Below, piece by piece: positions 61,705-64,000 of a DNA stretch of 64,000 bases (its first letter is position 1; each line of letters begins with the position of its first letter). Source of the stretch: an uncultured Gemmatimonadales bacterium (GTDB lineage: Bacteria; Gemmatimonadota; Gemmatimonadetes; Gemmatimonadales; Gemmatimonadaceae); the NCBI GenBank assembly GCA_963793305.1, contig CAWBZV010000003.1, positions 96,001-160,000 on the forward strand, given 5' to 3'. The position numbers were made by a program, and so were the translations under genes. The notes below the pieces were generated by a model. It saw nothing but the letters and a program-made list of their open reading frames with translations, was not told the origin of the DNA and did no database searches.

Positions 61705-62557
61705 GCCCAACGTGCGTCGGCCGCCATCCCAACTCTTTTTGAGTTTTCTCGCTCGACGCCGGCGTGTCGAGCGCGGCGAAGTGCGCGAAAAACCCGAAAT
61801 GCTCAGCGGCCTCCTCGGGAGTCTTCGACACGACCGGGACATTGAGCCGCTGCCCGATCACCGTGGCGATATCGCGGAAGGGAACGCCCTCCTCGCCGAC
61901 GCCGTGATATCGCTCGCCCGCCGCGCCGTTTTCGATCACGAGGCGAAAGAGATGCGCCGCATCGAGCCGGTGCACCGCGGGCCATCGGTTGCGGCCCTCA
62001 CCCACATACGCCGCCGCGCGCTTCTCACGCGCGATGCGGATGAGCGTCGGCACGAACCCATGGTCGCCGTCGCCGTGCACTGATGGAGGCAAGCGTACGA
62101 CCGATACGTTGACCCCACGTGTGGCCATGGCGTTTGCCGCCTCCTCTGACTTGATGCGCGGCACGGTCGACGTCGGCGCATCGTCCTCGGCGGCCGGGCG
62201 ACCGTCGGCTCGCGTCACGAGACCGGTGCCGGACGTGATCACGAGTGGGCGGTTGGAGCCGGCGAGCGCGGAGCCGAGCGCCTCGATGGCGAGCCGGTCG
62301 TTCTCGCAGTTCTCAGCCCACTTCGAGAAGTCGTGGTTGAACGCGGTGTGAATCACGCCGTCCGCTGCGGACGCGCCGCTGCGCAGGCTGTCGAGATCCT
62401 CGATCGACCCACGATGGACTTGGGCGCCGGCGGCAGCGAGCGATTTCGCGCTCGCGTCCGAGCGAGCGAGACCGACCACTTCGTGGCCGGCGTTGATGAG
62501 CTCAGGCACGAGGCTAGAGCCAATAAATCCGGTTGCTCCAGTGAGAAAAATTCGCAT
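61667..62557 (-). CDS. NAD(P)-dependent oxidoreductase (extended/atypical SDR)
   Basis: MRIFLTGATGFIG, HTAFNHDF and WPAVHRLDAA. Confidence 0.92.
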   Translation of the reverse strand: MRIFLTGATGFIGSSLVPELINAGHEVVGLARSDASAKSLAAAGAQVHRGSIEDLDSLRSGASAADGVIHTAFNHDFSKWAENCENDRLAIEALGSALAGSNRPLVITSGTGLVTRADGRPAAEDDAPTSTVPRIKSEEAANAMATRGVNVSVVRLPPSVHGDGDHGFVPTLIRIAREKRAAAYVGEGRNRWPAVHRLDAAHLFRLVIENGAAGERYHGVGEEGVPFRDIATVIGQRLNVPVVSKTPEEAAEHFGFFAHFAALDTPASSEKTQKELGWRPTHVGLIADLERGSYFD

Positions 62558-62580
62558 GTAGGATTGATAGTCGTTGCAAC

Positions 62581-62627
62581 GGGACGATCTATGCTATAAA
62601 ATCCGGATAATCTTTGCTATCGTCCGG
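62581..62627. promoter_or_regulatory. Putative AraC-type binding sites in the divergent intergenic region
   Basis: Imperfect palindrome ccggata-atctttgc-tatcgtccgg, and tandem gga(c/t)(g/a)atct(a/t)tgctat repeats about 23 bp apart. Confidence 0.5.
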
Positions 62628-62634
62628 TGAAACG

Positions 62635-63553
62635 ATGGATCCGCTATCAGAACGTCGTCTCTCTTCTCAAACCACGCAGCTACCTGTCCGCGGGCTTCGA
62701 CGCCGGCGGAAAGTGGTCGGTCCAGTTCGCCAGGCACGACGGGTTCATCAAGTGCTATGCGGTGGTGAGGGGATGGTGCTGGCTCGCGGTTGACGGCGTT
62801 CCCGATCCGGTGCGCCTCGACGCCGGCGACTGCTTCCTCCTCGCGAGCGGGCGGCCGTTTCGCCTGGCGGCAGACCTGACGGCAACACCCGTTGACGCCG
62901 AGGCGATTTTTTCAGCCGCCCGATACGGTGGCGTCGCCGTGTGCAATGGTGGAGGCGAATTCTTTCTCGTCGGGAGCCGCTTCGCCGTGAGCGGCCATCA
63001 CGCGGGCATGCTCCTCGGCGTGCTGCCGCCGATCGTGCACATCAGGAACGAATGGGACCAAGCCGCGCTGCGCTGGTCGGTCGAGCGCATGATGCACGAG
63101 CTGCGGGATCCTCGCCCGGGCGGGTTTCTGGTCGCCGAGCATCTCGCGCACATGATGCTGTTGCTCGCGTTGCGGCTGCAGGTCACCGAAGGGCGCGTGG
63201 GCTGGCTCTTCGCGCTCGCCGACAAGCAAATCGGTGCGGCGATCGGCGCCATTCACGACGACCCAGGGCACCCTTGGACTCTGGCCGAGTTGGCGAAACG
63301 CGCCTTCATGTCGCGATCGACGTTTGCGCTGAAGTTCAAGGCGATGGTCGGGACGTCGCCGATGGAGTACCTCACGCAATGGCGCATGCTTCGCGCTGGC
63401 GACCGTCTGACAACCTCCCGCGATTCGATCTCGCTGGTCGCCGCATCACTCGGTTACGAATCCGAGAGCGCCTTCAGCACGGCGTTTAAGCGCGTCATGG
63501 GCTGCTCCCCCCGGCGCTACGCAAATCGCCCGAATCCCGTCGCTGTCGCTTGA
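62635..63553 (+). CDS. AraC-family regulator with cupin N-domain; +1 frameshift near 62651
   Basis: Removing one A gives an MDPLSDVVSLL start; WTLAELA..MSRSTFA and LGYESESAFSTAFKR. Confidence 0.9.
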
Positions 63554-63631
63554 CTTCGGTGTTTGTTCGGGCTATCGTTACGGCCGCCCGAGAGTCGGGG
63601 CGTGGTGTCATTACACGAAGAGGGGGCCGAC

Positions 63632-64000
63632 GTGCGCGGCTGGCGGGCGGAGGCAGTGCGGCCGCGAGGCGTGGCGGAAAACGCGGCCGCGTTGGCCGAC
63701 CGCGGTCTTATCGTCGCGATGCGATGCCACGACCGCGGAGCGTTGGCCGAGTTCTACCGGCGGTTCCGCCCGGTGCTCGTTGTCGCCGCGCGGCGATTGA
63801 CCGCGGATGCGGTCGACGGCGAGGCAATCGTGGAGGATGTGTTGACGGATGCGGCGGTGCACTTCGTCTCGACGACGACACCGGTTCCTGGCTCGGTGGC
63901 CGGGTACCTGGTTCGCATGCTGCGCAACCGCGTACTCAACGCGTTGCGCGCGCGCAATCGTCACGACACCCGCATCGCCGACTCGTCCTGCATGTCGGAG
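63632..64000 (+). CDS. ECF sigma factor, N-terminal part (runs off window; start uncertain)
   Basis: Manual translation gives DRGLIVAMRCHDRGALAEFYRRFRPVL...EAIVEDVL...YLVRMLRNRVLNALR, resembling sigma region 2. Missing from the ORF track because it has no stop codon. Confidence 0.7.
   Translation, partial: MRGWRAEAVRPRGVAENAAALADRGLIVAMRCHDRGALAEFYRRFRPVLVVAARRLTADAVDGEAIVEDVLTDAAVHFVSTTTPVPGSVAGYLVRMLRNRVLNALRARNRHDTRIADSSCMSE

Overview
GC-rich bacterial chromosomal window, tentatively Gemmatimonadota-like (an inference from gene content). It is densely coding, and about a dozen genes are broken by single-base indels that look like long-read errors. Main contents, left to right: (1) a ~2.4 kb integrase-less mini-island at the 3' end of a tRNA-Cys gene, bounded by a perfect 32-bp direct repeat and carrying an AAA/DUF4143-type ATPase-nuclease plus a second PD-(D/E)XK-like nuclease; (2) a block of envelope or secreted proteins (TonB-C-like proteins, matrixin, kelch, TPR-CHAT protease, di-heme peroxidase next to a purple acid phosphatase, M1 peptidase, DUF6600-like protein); (3) two paralogous RND efflux loci and two TolC genes; (4) an AbiEi/AbiEii-like type IV toxin-antitoxin pair with a repeat-rich promoter; (5) an orphan GspE/PilB-type ATPase fused to a receiver domain, with an Hpt protein and a divergent PAS hybrid kinase; (6) an ~11 kb co-oriented amine-catabolism-like cluster; (7) an oxidoreductase/AraC pair and a partial ECF sigma factor. 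No CRISPR array, rRNA, transposase or integrase was found. All family calls come from reading motifs by eye, not from database searches.
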